A DNA stretch of 64,000 nucleotides. It comes from Macrostomum lignano. Its lineage: Eukaryota. The translations under genes and the position numbers were made by a program. The DNA lies in the NCBI GenBank assembly GCA_002269645.1, contig NIVC01001343.1:245956-309955 (forward strand), given 5' to 3'. Under the pieces are notes generated by a model. The model was not told the DNA's origin and ran no database searches. It saw only the letters and a program-made list of their open reading frames with translations. Positions 29,699 through 62,030 of the stretch are shown piece by piece; within the stretch, counting starts at the first letter, position 1; every line of letters starts with the position of its first letter.

Positions 29699-32600
29699 GG
29701 CTACACTGCTTCTCCTAGCAGCGCTTCTCTGCCGATCTGCTGTCTGCCGCAGCTGTTCCACACGGCTTCAAGCTGAGTGCTTTGCTCTTCTTCAAGCGAA
29801 TTTGCCTGCCAGCTCAGCAGCAGCAGCAAAAGTCCCGCTGTCACGGACTGAAACCTCTGAGCTCTCCCTGTGCAGAGAAATTTGTTTAAATGGACTGAGG
29901 CCGATTCTTTCCTCTGACCCAGCGGCTGTGTTTGAGGCTTGATTGGGTGCCAGGGGGTCGGCAGCTGCTCTGCCCAGCGGGTGAGAGATGCAGGAGCAGT
30001 GAGATGCTGCGAGCTCTGCTGAGTTAAACAATGAGAGCTGACTGTGGCTGCGTGCTCACGGCATGGCAGGTGCAAACTGTTTTTTAAATATGGTATGGTC
30101 ATCTTTTGACAAATACAGTAGAATGCAGTAGGTATGAGAGAAGAGAGGAGAATATTGGGTATGTATTGCAGACTGCAATGCTACTTAAATAGGCTTTAAT
30201 GCTAGCACAAACTTACAGCTGGCTCGTATAGCCATGGGTTGTTAATCATGAGCAACTGTAGTAGGACACCGGACGACCGCTGATTGTGAAATGCATGATC
30301 GAGGTGGGAATTAGGTTACTATTTTTAAACACTAAAATTGACCATATTTCGCCTTAAACGTGCAGCAACAGTTTTGGCTTAGGCAAGGACTTTTTAATAG
30401 TCTTGTATTGTGAAGCAAGTGGTTAATCTGATAGAACTCCTTGAGCAAACATTTCTAGAGCTTTTTTTTGACAGAAAACTACTATTTTGAACGGTACAAT
30501 TCAGCAACTGATTATTTACATGTACGAGCATGCTCTTCTGGCAGATAATTTTTACTCATGCATACTTAATTAGATGACATCATTTAAATAAAATAATTTC
30601 TAATTCTACCTTTCCATCCTGGACAAAAATTGATTTTACGCCTTCTTACACTTGGTCGTAGTCAATCCCATTCTTCTTCCTACCGACGATCCCGAGTGAG
30701 GCTTCATCGAAGATCGGGCCAGCTTCAACACAATCGGTTCACCTGACGAAACAGAAAAATTCTGCAGAGCATCGGAGGCCCATCGCGAAACCTTAGCCGA
30801 ATACCCGATGTAACGCTCCAATGCACATGAAGAATGTCCAAGAAAACGTGCAATGTCGGCCCTTGACAAGCCGGAATCTTAATGGGTAGTAGCTGTAGCT
30901 TACGTCTTACAGAGACTTAGTTAATACGTAGACATCAGAAGTAGCTAGGTAGGTAGACAGTCCGTAAGACTACGACAACAACATTCTTCAAAATGTGGAC
31001 ACCCAGGACCTGGTTTAATTTGCAGGTACCCACACTTACCAGCTCGAATGCTGTCTTCTTTGTGGATAGGCCTAGCTACACGACAAAAAGAGTTGAACTT
31101 TTGTGCAGTCTTGGGGGTCGGTCGGTGGTGACGCGTGGCGTGGTGGCACTTCGTTGAAGGTCCCGAAGGTCGCCTGTATGTCTACAGACTACAGGTCAAC
31201 CTAGAGGGTCGCCATCGTCTATTTCATTCACCGATTTATGTCTAATGACTGAATGCTGCATGCAGAAGGGGATTCTTCCATTTCAGTTTTGGGAACGCAG
31301 CCGCGTCTCTGAGACGCCGATCGGGTGCTTTTGTTGAAGGTCCCGACGGTCGCCGCCGATGCTCCAGACGGTGATGAAGGAGACCCTGGTGCCTGGGATG
31401 CTGAGAACAAAGGCCTCTACGACAGATGGACCCAGATTATTGAGCCAATATGGATTCATCATAAAGGTTTATACAGTGTAGTGTTGGTTGTCCTTGCCAC
31501 CAGTGTCTTCGACAAGAATCGCTGAATATCTAGACGATGCTGACGTCGGATAACTTTGAAAGTTATTTCGTTGCATAGAAATGGCGGAAAATTTTTATCC
31601 CATATGGTGGACTTTTATGAAAATCAGTAACTCGGTTTGCGAGCTATTGAGAAATGGGTCGTGTGCATTTGTAATACACCCCCCGTGGTCTTTCCCATGG
31701 GAAAAAATAGCGCGGTATTTCTACTGTTAAGTCCACATGTACCCTTGGCTTGAAAACAGTGCACCTTCTTGGTACTCGTAGCTACATGTACACCAAAACT
31801 TCTCGTCCACGCTGTCAGCGGTTCAATGTTGCTGCAGCTGATTGTCGAATGTGAGTCGATGTGAAAGTTCACCACTACCACCTTACAACCCAAACGCCCT
31901 CAACCATGGAAATTGCAGTCACATAATTTCCAAATAATTGCATGGTACACTCACAAGGAGAGCAAAATTATGCAGGTAGCTAAAATATGCAAAACACAAA
32001 GAAATTGCATTGAACTTCCCTCAGCTGTTAACCAAAACATTTTTGCTATTCTTCTGTGATGCAGGACAAATATTAGATTTTTTATTTGCAGATTACTTGA
32101 AAGATAGTCTTGTTAAAATAGAAAGGTTTTTCGAGTTTACCAATTGCTTTTACTAGAATCATAAGTAAAACAAGAAAACATATTTAAAACATGATAACGT
32201 TGCATCGAGAGTACTAAAAATGAAATTAATTGCACAGGTTTTCAAATTGAAATTTTTAAGCATTTTAGAACCTCTTCACTGCCATAGAAAATCTAGATTA
32301 CAATTTTAAAATTCGAATTACAAAGACTAAGGCCATCCATTGGACTCTTACCAAAGTTTAAAATATGTAAAATCAAATCAATTTTTAAAAGGCACACGGA
32401 GTCTATCGTTTGACTGAGTGGAGTGGGTTGTTTGCACTGTGAACATTTTCTGTTGCTATTTATAGAAACAAAATAAAAGTACATTCTCAGGCTGGCCAAT
32501 CAGAACTGGACTGGTGAAAAGTACAATTAAATCTATGGCACAAATTAAAAATCAAGGGTAGTAATGTAAATTCTTTAAACTTGAAAGCTTTTTTTCAGTG

Positions 32601-33315
32601 CAAATATAAACATTTATTTATATAAAGGCAGCTAGTATTCATTGCACATGAAATATTACAGATATTCTAAGTACTTTTGGGAATGGACTGAAGTTTGTAA
32701 ACGGGTCTATGGATTATTAGTGTTATATTTAATAGAAAATTTTACGAGCGTAAATTATTAATTACGAGTAAGTATGGCTATAATCGACAACACATGGACT
32801 TTAGCTTTTCTGTTGGAGATAACCATAGGATTTGCATAAGACTAAAATCTGCTAGAATAGCTAACAGACAGTCAGAAATAGAAATACAGAGAACAACTGA
32901 AGCTACTACTGCAAGCTCGGATAAAGTTAGTAGTATATAAGTAAGTAGGATTATTTCACTAGGATTTTATGAATTGGTATTAAGGGAAAACTCTTCAGTG
33001 AGTCCCTCGCCGCGTGTGAAATTAAAAAATAAATTTCTCAAGTAATTGACTACAAATCGATAAGTGGTCTGGTTTTTTTAATAGCAGCTGCTTTTAGTAG
33101 AAAGTGAAAATCTCTTTCATTGCAGACAAGAGCTGAGAAGCAGAAAAATGTCAGATAGAAAATCATTCGTTAAAACAAAAAATTTCCATAAATTACAGTA
33201 GAAATAGAAATAAAGATAAAAGATGTATGAACTGGTTTGACAGAACACATACTAAGTCATTGTCAACAAACGGTGGTTGCCATGGTAACGCCCTCGCCGC
33301 CGGCATTGACGAAAC

Positions 33316-52288
<18,973 letters not shown>

Positions 52289-53443
52289 TTTGCTGCTATC
52301 TCGGGCCCTCTGATTTGCGGCTAAATCTATTAATTTAAGCTTGGTTATAAAATTGACTAGTTGTCATGGTTCATTGCTCTCTGAAAGTTTCGAATACAAA
52401 CCATTAAGCCTTTAATAATGTTTTGTTGATTAAAATACAGCGATAATTATAAATGTAAAATAAAAGAACGACAGGACCTGTTATACTTGATATACGTAAG
52501 TTAATAAAGTTTGAAGGAATAATTTTAATTAGGTTAACTAAAAACAGTGCTGCCCATAATATTTTTTGTTAAATTGGAGTCCGCTTTTGCAATTCACTTT
52601 GCTAATATGATAATATTATGAGTGTAGTAGATACTTAATTATTGTGATAAAATGCGCCAATGGAAATTTCTGTTTTATTTATGACTAACTTGAAAAATTT
52701 GGTAAGATATATTTTACAAAATAGATTAGTTTTAAATCTTATACAATTTCGCCAGCATAAATCAAGTTGTAAACCTGATATTTGATTGTTTCGAAGGATT
52801 ATATAAATACTTATGATACTCGTATTTAAATTTTGAAATGAAAACGATAAAAACAAGTTGCTGCTTTGCTTGGATGAATACAGTGCAATATTTTATTCTA
52901 TAAAACATAAAAATGGCAGATTGCCAACAAAACGAATCACATCAAATATAAATATACGTAATACCGGCAAAACCACTAAATTCTGGTTAACACTAAGCCT
53001 TGAATTTTTTAGGAAACAGGCTTGAACCCCTGTGTAGGCTTTTAGACAGGTTCTTTTTTTATAAGAAATTAAAGTAAAGTATACTTAAGTTTTAAATGGA
53101 ATGCCGAAAAGAATTGAGCAGCGATTGTTAAATTTGCGCGAAACCAGCTCAAACACTAGTAGGGTTCAAAGTAGCAAATTTAAAAGTTCTGAAACTGCAC
53201 GACTTGTATATTGAATCAAAAAACATTTAGAAATATAATTAAAATCTACTCTTTTACAGACATGTCTAAAATATTTTAATTATTTTGTTAAACTACGATA
53301 AGTGTCATCGACACAAATAATTAAATTTAAGAAATATCCAAGAAATCTGCTTTAAGTCTTCGAATTTTACCTTTGAAAGTTCACTGAAAAAATCTCAAAA
53401 GATGTTATAGGTTGCAGCCAAAACAAAGCTCACAACAAGCAGA

Positions 53444-56400
53444 ATGATAAAGTCATGCTTTAATATAGTGCTTGTTTTGAACATCGTACTAATTGTTCAT
53501 TTTGCCAGTGCCGATATTTACCTGCATAATCCAAGGTAAGGCACAAGACAAATTCTAATGAAAGCATCAAGTTTACTTGTTTAATAAATATCTTAAATTC
53601 TAAGATTTTTTTAAAATACAGTAAATTAAACCAGAAAATATCATTATTTAAGTTAAATACATTTACATAGTATGCATACAAATTAAAAGTTCAATATTTC
53701 ATACTTTTTATTGAAAAGTATTAGTTTAATCACCTAAACATCCACATTCAGGGGCAGCAACAATCGTTTGGATGAGGCCGGCCGTGCGCGCAATACGGCA
53801 ACGAGGTTGTTTGACTCGCAGAACAACAACCGAGGCGGTTACAATGTTGGCAGCCTTTACTACTATACAGGTGCTGAATTAATGAATTTATTGCAGAGGG
53901 AGAGAGAGAAGTAGAGAGGTTTAACAAAAAACTTTGGTATTAACTTCTTTTTGTGCAACTTCGTGCTCCAAAAATTTTAAGGACAGCCAGAACTTTCATG
54001 GGACGTGATTTCATTTTCTTAGTCCTCACTTTTCTCAAAACGTTAAGCGTTTGCTTAACGATGTCTCAATACCTTATTGTCATGCAGGCTCCATCCTTCC
54101 CATCGAGTGGACCAATCAGCACTCATGCGGCGACATCAACAGCCACTGCGAAATTGTGCTGCAATACGCCTGCGGCGACGATATTCGAGACGGCACCACA
54201 ACGAATCGAATTCCGGCTGACAGAAGCCGGTGCCTCGACAACAACTGCCAGACCGATCCAACCTACGGCCTTCAAGAGTCGTACGAGCACTACTTGATGT
54301 GCACACGGAGGCAGCGAAACGGCGGCTTGTACACCGCGGACCAGAGGCTTCGCGGCGACACCGCCAGGTTCACCCGTCAGAACCCCGGCGGGACTCAGTA
54401 CGGCTACGAGTGCCCCGAGGAGCGGGACTATTATCCCTACTGGCACCACAGCCCCTGGCGGGACATCGCCATCCTGACCAACGATCCCACCAGATGCAGT
54501 TTCTACAAAACCGAGAGCGCCAACGTCAAGGATCGATTCGAATGTCGCTTGCCAGTAGAACAGCTGGAATCGAACCGAGGACTAACACTGCCTAGCAACG
54601 AGTCCGAATGCATGAAACTTCCCGGCGCCAAGTGGACCCGACAACCGGCTTGGGGCATCGACTCGCCAGTTTGTCGAACAGCGGAAACCACCAGAGACAA
54701 TCACCTTGGCAACACGGCCCAGGGCAAGGCTGTGATGTTCAACTGGACAGTGCCAGACCATCTGGCTGGTGAGAAATGCGTGCTTCGAGTTCGGTACAAT
54801 ATTTCTACCGGAGACTACGATCGTTGGTCAACATTCGCTGAGCACAACAACGGGGGTCCTGTCGAGTTTTATAAAAAGTTCGGCTTCGCTAGCAAGGCTG
54901 CTGCCGATGCCAGAGGATTCAAGCTGGTTAATAATCCCCAGGTGCAGCTGTTTGGCGACTCCAGCAAGTTCAAATTGCAGTTGAATATTAATACAGCACA
55001 GTTTGGCAGGGTGTTTCAGGTGAGTAAGGAGTCAATTACCTTGGCATTTGGTAGATTCTGCTAGACACTCCCTACAACTCTCCTTATCTACCTCTCACCC
55101 CTCTCTCTCGTTATCTCCATGTAATCCACTTTGCCTGTGCGCCTCGTCTATTCCCCCAGTGTTAAATGAGCGGTGATAATCAGTAGCGTAACTCTGCTAC
55201 CATAGACAAACCAACGAGATGGATAGACATGGCTAGTGGAGATAACTCATTATCTCCGGCGGAGATAAGGCGTTATATTCGGGTCGCACATGCCGTGGAT
55301 TACATACAAAGAATCGCCTGATACTATCAGGCGATTCTTGTTTATCTCACCCTCAGAGATCGTTATCTCCATCTCAACCCCCCTCTCTCTCTCTCATTAT
55401 CTCCCTTTCACCCCTCAGAGATCGTTATCTCCCTCTCATCCCCTCTCTCACTGTCTCTCTCCCTCTCTCTCACCCCTTTCTCTCATTGTCTCCCTCTCAC
55501 CCCTCTCTCATTATCTCCCTCTCAACTACTCTCTCATTCTCACTCTCACCCCTTTCTCTCATTGTCTCCCTCTCACCCCTCTCTCACTATCTCCCTCTCA
55601 CCCCTCTCTCACTATCTCCCTCTCACCCCTCTCTCATTATCTCCCTCTCACCCTCCTCTCTTATTATCTCCCTCTCAACTACTCTTTCATTCTCACTCTC
55701 ACCCCTTTATCCCATTGTCTCCCTCTCACTTACTCTTTGTATCCCTCTAAACCCTATCGCGAAATCTCCATCTCCATCTCTCTCTTTTTCTCTGTCCCTT
55801 TCTCGCTCTTTCTCCCACCCCATCAGACCTCTCTAACCCAGCCGTTTTTAAACACCACACGCCGCCGCCATCCCGCAGGACCGATCCCACGTCTTCCACG
55901 TGCGAGCCCGGCCCTCCTCGATCCCGTCAAGCGCCGAGATTCTCAACCTGAACGTGCGCGGCAAACGCGGCAATATTGTGCAAGTCTATCCAGCCGTCGA
56001 GTACGACTTTGTCCCCCACCTGACCCACGCCAAGCCTGGCAGCTATGTGCATCCTCAGTGGACCGGATCCAACACCAACCCAGCGAATAACGATGGCCAA
56101 GGTCTCGCGGGTACAGACAGATCCAACATGCTGCCGCTGCATGATCTAGCCGCCAATATTCCGGACACAAACTATTCTCAAGGTCGCAATTGGACTCTGA
56201 ACAATGGAATTGGAGATTGGCCATTGAGCGATTTGACTAACCTGGCTCTGCTTAGTCCTCAGCCTCAGCTGGGCGGTTCTATGCAACTTCTAAACGATGC
56301 CGGGACCTACTTCGATCTGGGAGCCCGTCGCGTGACCAATGCCGGCAGCTGGTCGTTTGTCTGCACTAGGAATAATAATTTCAGCAACCGCAGTCACAAA

Positions 56401-57868
56401 GGTCGATTGGTGTGCTCCAGTGATCGGTCGGATACGCACGTGGTTGATGGACAGGCTTACACGTTCAAGGTTTGCGTTTGCTGTTTAGGGGATTTGGGAT
56501 GTTAGAGAGATGTTAGACAGATTTATGTCAGATGTTACACAAATTTGTGTCAGATGTTAGACAGATTTGTGTCAGATGCTGTAACAGATTTGTGTCAGAT
56601 GTTAGACAGATTTGTGTCAGATGTTAGACATATTTGTGTCAGATGTTAGACAGATTTGTGTCAGATGTTAGACATATTTGTGTCAGATGTTAGACAGATT
56701 TGTGTCAGATGTTAGACATATTTGTGTCAGATGTTAGACATATTTGTGTCAGATGCTAGACAGATTTGTGTCAGATGTTGGACACATTTGTGTATGATGT
56801 TAGACAAATTTGTGTCAGATATTAGACAGATTTGTGTCAGATGTTGGACAAGATTTGTGTCATGTCAGACAAGATTGTGTAACATCTGACGCAACATTAA
56901 CATCCGAACAAGACTGTCGGATAGCTAGAGTCCCAAGCACAAAGAGTCACATATCCATACCTGTTCAGCATATGACAGCTTAATCAACCCCCCCACCCCA
57001 CATTCGATCAGGTGACAGACGGCACGAAGACCTTGGCCGAGGTGACGGTTCCGGCTGGAGCCTTCAGCTCCCTACGCTACCTGCAGCTTCGTGTGACGCC
57101 ACACAGCGCCAAGGCGGCGAAGACGGACTCCGACAGCGTGTACGGCGACACCTGGTTCACCGACCTGCTGCGCATTGACGTCGACGGACAGGCGGGCGAA
57201 GCTTTCGCGACACCTCTTCTAGTTTCCATGGTAACCAACGATGGAGCCGATCCGACCGAGGGGCACGATGTGCAGGTGAGAAGCTGTGGATAACCGATTT
57301 TATGAAATTATATGTGGTTTTGGAGCCAACTTTACACTGGGGCTCGTGGCTTAGTGGTTACAAGGCGTCGTTCTTTAACGCTAGAAGTCCCGGGTTCGAT
57401 TCCTGGGTATGACCAAAATTGCGTGATATATTAGATACCTTCGTTCTCTTTCTTAGAAAGACACGAGTTCGAATCCCGACATCATCAAAAAATGCCTCGT
57501 ATAAAATAAAAAGTTTATACGAGCCTACTTTAGAAAATATATAAAGGCTTTGTTAAACATATAATTACACCTCATGCTCAAAGGTCTACCGCATGGAGAC
57601 TGAATTCTCAAGCGCAGTCAGCCATCACGGCCCGCTGAAGTCGGCCGAAGCCACTCGCGTAGAATTTCGAGTCGACCGTCCGGGAGTCTACGCGGCTCGC
57701 GGCTTCGCCAACGCGCCGTTCGGATTCGTGGGTCTGATTGTCGGCCTGCTGGTGGCGGCGCTTCTGATCTCACTAATCGTGGCGGGCATCATTGTGCACC
57801 GGAGAAATCCGGAGTTCTTTGCCGAGAAGCTGCGATTTGTGCAGCGATCTACGCAGAGCAAAGTCTAG
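53444..57868 (+). CDS. DD3-3-like single-pass membrane protein (signal peptide, large ectodomain, C-terminal TM), about 760 aa
   Basis: Exons 53444-53535, 53752-53870, 54088-55019, 55879-56469, 57012-57275, 57584-57868 splice in frame. Motifs ADIYLHNPRGSNNRL, LFDSQNNNRGGY, IEWTNQHSCG, GYECPEERDYYPYWH, LNLNVRGKRGNIVQVYPAVEYDF, FVCTRNNNFSNRSHKG match the recalled Dictyostelium DD3-3 family. TM segment FVGLIVGLLVAALLISLIVAGIIV. Confidence 0.85.
56500..56890. repeat. 22-bp minisatellite (agatttgtgtcagatgttagac)
   Basis: Located in DD3-3 intron 4. A CT-rich degenerate repeat at 55370-55730 lies in intron 3. Confidence 0.9.
57339..57480 (+). mobile_element. tRNA-derived SINE head(s) in a DD3-3 intron
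   Basis: A-box tggcttagtgg and B-box ggttcgattcc, with a second B-box gagttcgaatcc downstream. The acceptor stem does not pair, so it is not called a tRNA. Confidence 0.5.
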
Positions 57869-58689
57869 CTACGTGAAGGAAAAATTTCACTTGATTATTA
57901 TCACTTTCGATACATATCGGCCAAAATCATAGCAAAGACAGTAAAAAAGCAATGAAATTTTTCAATTCATTATTATTACTTTCGATACATATCGACAAAA
58001 ATTGCAGCAAAGGCTATAATAGCTACGATTCTTATTAATACTTTCGATACATATCGGCCAAATATTAAAAGATTATACATGTCAGCTGCAAATATTTTTG
58101 AGCGAATATTATAATACTTTCGATACATATCGGCCAAGATCGTAGCAATAAAAGTCCATTGCAAAAATTTTTAATTGATAATTTTTTTTCGATACATGTC
58201 GGCCAGAATTGTGATTTGATTTCTTGTATTACCGATCTCGATCTTCAGCATTCCAGCGTTTTTAATATATTGATCTGATCGCGTAAATAACTGTTATTAC
58301 ATGCACAAATGTTTTTTTATGTTTCTCAATCGCATTATTAATTCCAGGATTAATATCTATTTTTGTTATAAATTCTTTTTTCAATCGTGTACTTTTAATA
58401 AAACAAGCGCGACATGTTTCTGCAATCACAAGAATGCCTGTAAAACAGCACTTAGCCGCGCAAGAAAAATTCGGCTTAAACTTGAGCTATACTTAATATT
58501 GCTCATAGAGATAAGCAGGCCACATTTTTTCTCACAAGGCAGTGAACTATTTGATAATAAATAAGTTACTTGGCTCTGCGGGCCACATGACACGCATAAC
58601 TAAAATTGTTACCGAAGTGCCATATAACATGTCCTCTCTATTAAAAAACCTTTCTAGTCGAAAGGACTCGATACATTCAGCATGTCCTA

Positions 58690-59560
58690 TATATTATATT
58701 ATTAAACGAGGATGGGAAGCCAGGGCCCCCGCGGTTCAGCCTAAGTAGGGCTTTGCCGCTGGATCTGTCTGTGGGCCATACTACCAGGGGCATATAGCCC
58801 GAGAGGCCACGCTTGGGTCCAGGTCTCAAGGCCTGGAAACTATATAAATCCTTCAGGCTTTCTAGGGCAGAAAGGCTTTTTGCCCTAGACAACCGTTGGA
58901 TTTGTATTCCTTCTTGATTTGAAGAACGGGCCAAGAATTGGGGCTACTTAGTCCATAGCGTCTTAGTCCATAGCTCAAGGCGGTGTTTTAGTCCATAGCT
59001 CAAGGCGGTGTCTTAGTCCATAGCTCAAGGCGGTGTCTTAGTCCATAGCTCAAGGCGGTGTCTTAGTCCATAGCTCAAGCCTATGGACTAAGACACCGCC
59101 AACCCACAGTGGAATCAGGGACAGTGCTGGACCGAGTCCACCCAAGCCACCCCTAACGATAAGACCCGAGTGTGCACGCGAAAAATTTTGAAAAAGCGGT
59201 CCGAAAGTGGGGAGACCCCAAAGTCTACGGAAATAGTGCTTTATATTGGAGAGTCTGGCCGAGCAGCTTAGTCTGGCGAGCCTCAAGGCTTTTTCGCTAT
59301 CCAGCTCTATAAAAAGGCCAGTCCAAGGGGTTGGACAGGGGCACAAATTGGAGCAAGAGGAACCCGGACTCAGCCGGTGTTCCCCGATTCGGGACGAACT
59401 CATTACCCAGGACTCCAATCCAATGTCAGAGATGAGAGCCGCGAGACACAAAAGCAGGGAACATCCAGAGGAGACAGCAGGGTGGACCAAGGCTATAGAG
59501 CGCTCTCACCGAGGCGAGATTGGCAACTCCTACTGCAAGAAATAATTTTGATGAATTCAA
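58690..59560 (-). mobile_element. Possible degenerate non-LTR retroelement 3' fragment
   Basis: GC-richer island. The minus-strand ORF contains YFRRLWGLP...GGLG..., reminiscent of the post-RT region of R2/NeSL-type elements. It ends in a TAA-rich tail near 58690. Weak evidence. Confidence 0.3.
58947..59100. repeat. 25-bp tandem array ending in an inverted copy (20-bp perfect hairpin)
   Basis: Unit gtcttagtccatagctcaaggcggt; arms at 59054-59073 and 59081-59100. Confidence 0.9.
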
Positions 59561-60095
59561 TTTATTTATCTATCCTGAATTTCCGGAGTTTCCGTAGTTC
59601 CTAAAAATAATACTAGTCGTACAAATAAAACAATACTGATTTTGCCCAACACTTCGATTTGTGACATCGGTCCCACAACCGGCGCTGACGTCAATATTCT
59701 GCCTATTCCGCTGACTTCTGCACGCTCACACAGGGTGCACAGCCGCTCTGACTTTCTAATCGCCAGACATGTACACTTTCTGTGCCTTACATATAGAATT
59801 TTCAAGATCGAAGTATACTTTATATAATTAACTTGTATTTTAAAAATCGCGCTGCTAATATTAAAGCCGGAAAATAATCACGTAAAATAAAACTATAAAC
59901 AAAACAGCTGTTAAATTATTTTTTTCAGATTAATTAGTCTTTAAAAAAGGGAAGAAAATGCGGCAAGCCAACTCGCGTAATTAATTTATATTTATCAATT
60001 CATATGCATTACTTTAAGGCATCGATTTAAACGCGAATTTGCTACTTATAGTAGTTATCTCAAATTATGACTACTTTCTAAACATATGGGTAGAG

Positions 60096-61230
60096 TCAAG
60101 AGGAGCTCCACTGCGGCCCGCCGCCGGCATAATTGCCGGTGATCTCTGCGCCAGAAAAGTCCATGCCGGGATTCTCGTATTGGAATCGTTGGAGAGTCAG
60201 CTTCTTCTCCATCTGGTCGCGCTGGAGTGGATCGGGCTCGAACTCAGGCTGACCTACTAGTAGGCAGGGCCAGCAGCTCTGCACAGGATCGGGCGATGCT
60301 TTGGCGAGCACAATTTGAAGCAGACGACGGTCAGCGAGAGTCCAAGAGCTCTCGTCTGGTCTGACTGACTTAGGTAGATCGCCTGACAGAAGTGACTGAC
60401 CACCTGTGTGAATTGCGATTTGAGCAATGGGATTGGGAACTACAAGATTTCAGGTTGTCATTTTTAGCTCTCTGCTTAGATTACCTTCTCAAACCGACCT
60501 GTCTATGTAGTTTAGCAAGCTGTCTAATTTGTCTACCAAACTGTCTACTTTGTCTACCAAGTTGTCTACTTTGTCTACCAAGCCGTCTACTTTGTCTACC
60601 AAACTGTCTACTTTGTCTACCAAACTGTCTACTTTGTCTACCAAGTTGTCTACTTTGTCTACCAAGTTGTCTACTTTGTCTACCAAACTGTCTACTTTGT
60701 CTACCAAGTTGTCTACTTTGTCTACCAAACTGTCTACTTTGTCTACCAAGTTGTCTACTTTGTCTACCAAGTTGTCTACTTTGTCTACCAAACTGTCTAC
60801 TTTGTCTACCAAACTGTTTACTTTGTCTACTAAACTGTCTACTTTGTCTACCAAGTTGTCTTGTTTGCCTATCAGGTTGTCTACTTTGACTACGAATCTA
60901 TGTACTTTATCTATTAAACTCTACTAACTACCTCTCCGGAAACCTTCATTTTTTCTACCAACTTGTCTACTTTTCTTTGAACTGTCAGTTTTTTAGGCCT
61001 ATACCTGTCTATCTTTTCCATCTACTATAGTTTCACAGCAACTTAGTCAACATTCACCTACCAGCCAGGGAAACTCGCAGATTATTCACGCCTATTTTGC
61101 ACACAACCTGAGTGCCTCGGGTGCCTTCTGGCACTTGCAGTTCGATGTACACCTCGTCTAATGTCTGCCACCATCTGCCGCCAGGAAAATTGACACAGAC
61201 CTCGCCGCTGCGTTCGTCAAAGTGGGCCAT
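60096..61230 (-). CDS. NUDCD2: NudC domain-containing protein 2 (CS/p23 co-chaperone), 158 aa
   Basis: Exons 61062-61230 and 60096-60403. MAHFDERSG...WWQTLDEVYIELQVPEGTR...KKLTLQRFQYENPGMDFSGAEITGNYAGGGP matches recalled NUDCD2. Confidence 0.92.
60510..60970. repeat. 21-bp minisatellite (ctactttgtctaccaaactgt)
   Basis: Located in the NUDCD2 intron. Confidence 0.95.
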
Positions 61231-61379
61231 GAATAATAGAATTTGCAGGAGCAGTGTGTACTTTTTAATCCAAGTATGCAGAACACAACAATGATCGAGT
61301 TTTGTCGTAGACATGCCATCAAACACTTAGGTGTATTTTGGTGGCAAAATTGAAGATGATCAAGAGATTGATTGGAAGC

Positions 61380-62030
61380 ACCCACCACCCCATAGTACCA
61401 CCTCAAGCACTCGTGGCCACAGAGCACCAGCCGAAAGCACGAACCACCCAATAGTACCACCTAAAGCACTTGTGGCCACAGAGCACCCGCCAAAAGCACC
61501 CACCACCCCACAGCACCACCCGCCAAAAGCACCCACCACCCCACAGCACTCGCCACACCACCCCACAGCACTCGCCACCCCACAGTACTTGCCAACCCAC
61601 AGCACTCGCCACCCCATAACAACCACCACCCCATAGCACCAACCACCCCACAGCAATCGCCACCCCACAGCACTCGCTATTCCATAAAAACCACTACACC
61701 ATAGCACCCACCACCACAGCACTCGCCACCCCACAGCACACGCCACCCCACAACAACCACCACCCCAAAGCACCCACCACCCCACAGCACTCGCCACCCC
61801 ACAGCACACGCCACCCCACAACAACCACCACCCCAAAGCACCCACCACCCACAGCACTCGCCACCCCACAGCACTCGCTACCCTACAGCACCCGACCCCA
61901 CAACACCCACCACCCTGCACTCGCCACCTCACGGCACCCGCCACCCCACGGCACCCGCCACCCAGCAGCACCCACCGCCAAAGCACTTGCAAATAGCACC
62001 CACCACTCCACACCACAGCAAACACCTTGT
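61380..62030. repeat. About 20-bp C/A-rich degenerate minisatellite (cacccaccaccccacagcac)
   Basis: Immediately upstream of NUDCD2. Confidence 0.9.

Noticed and set aside
57339-57415. Functional tRNA gene
   Set aside because: A and B boxes are present but the acceptor stem does not pair; better explained as a SINE head.
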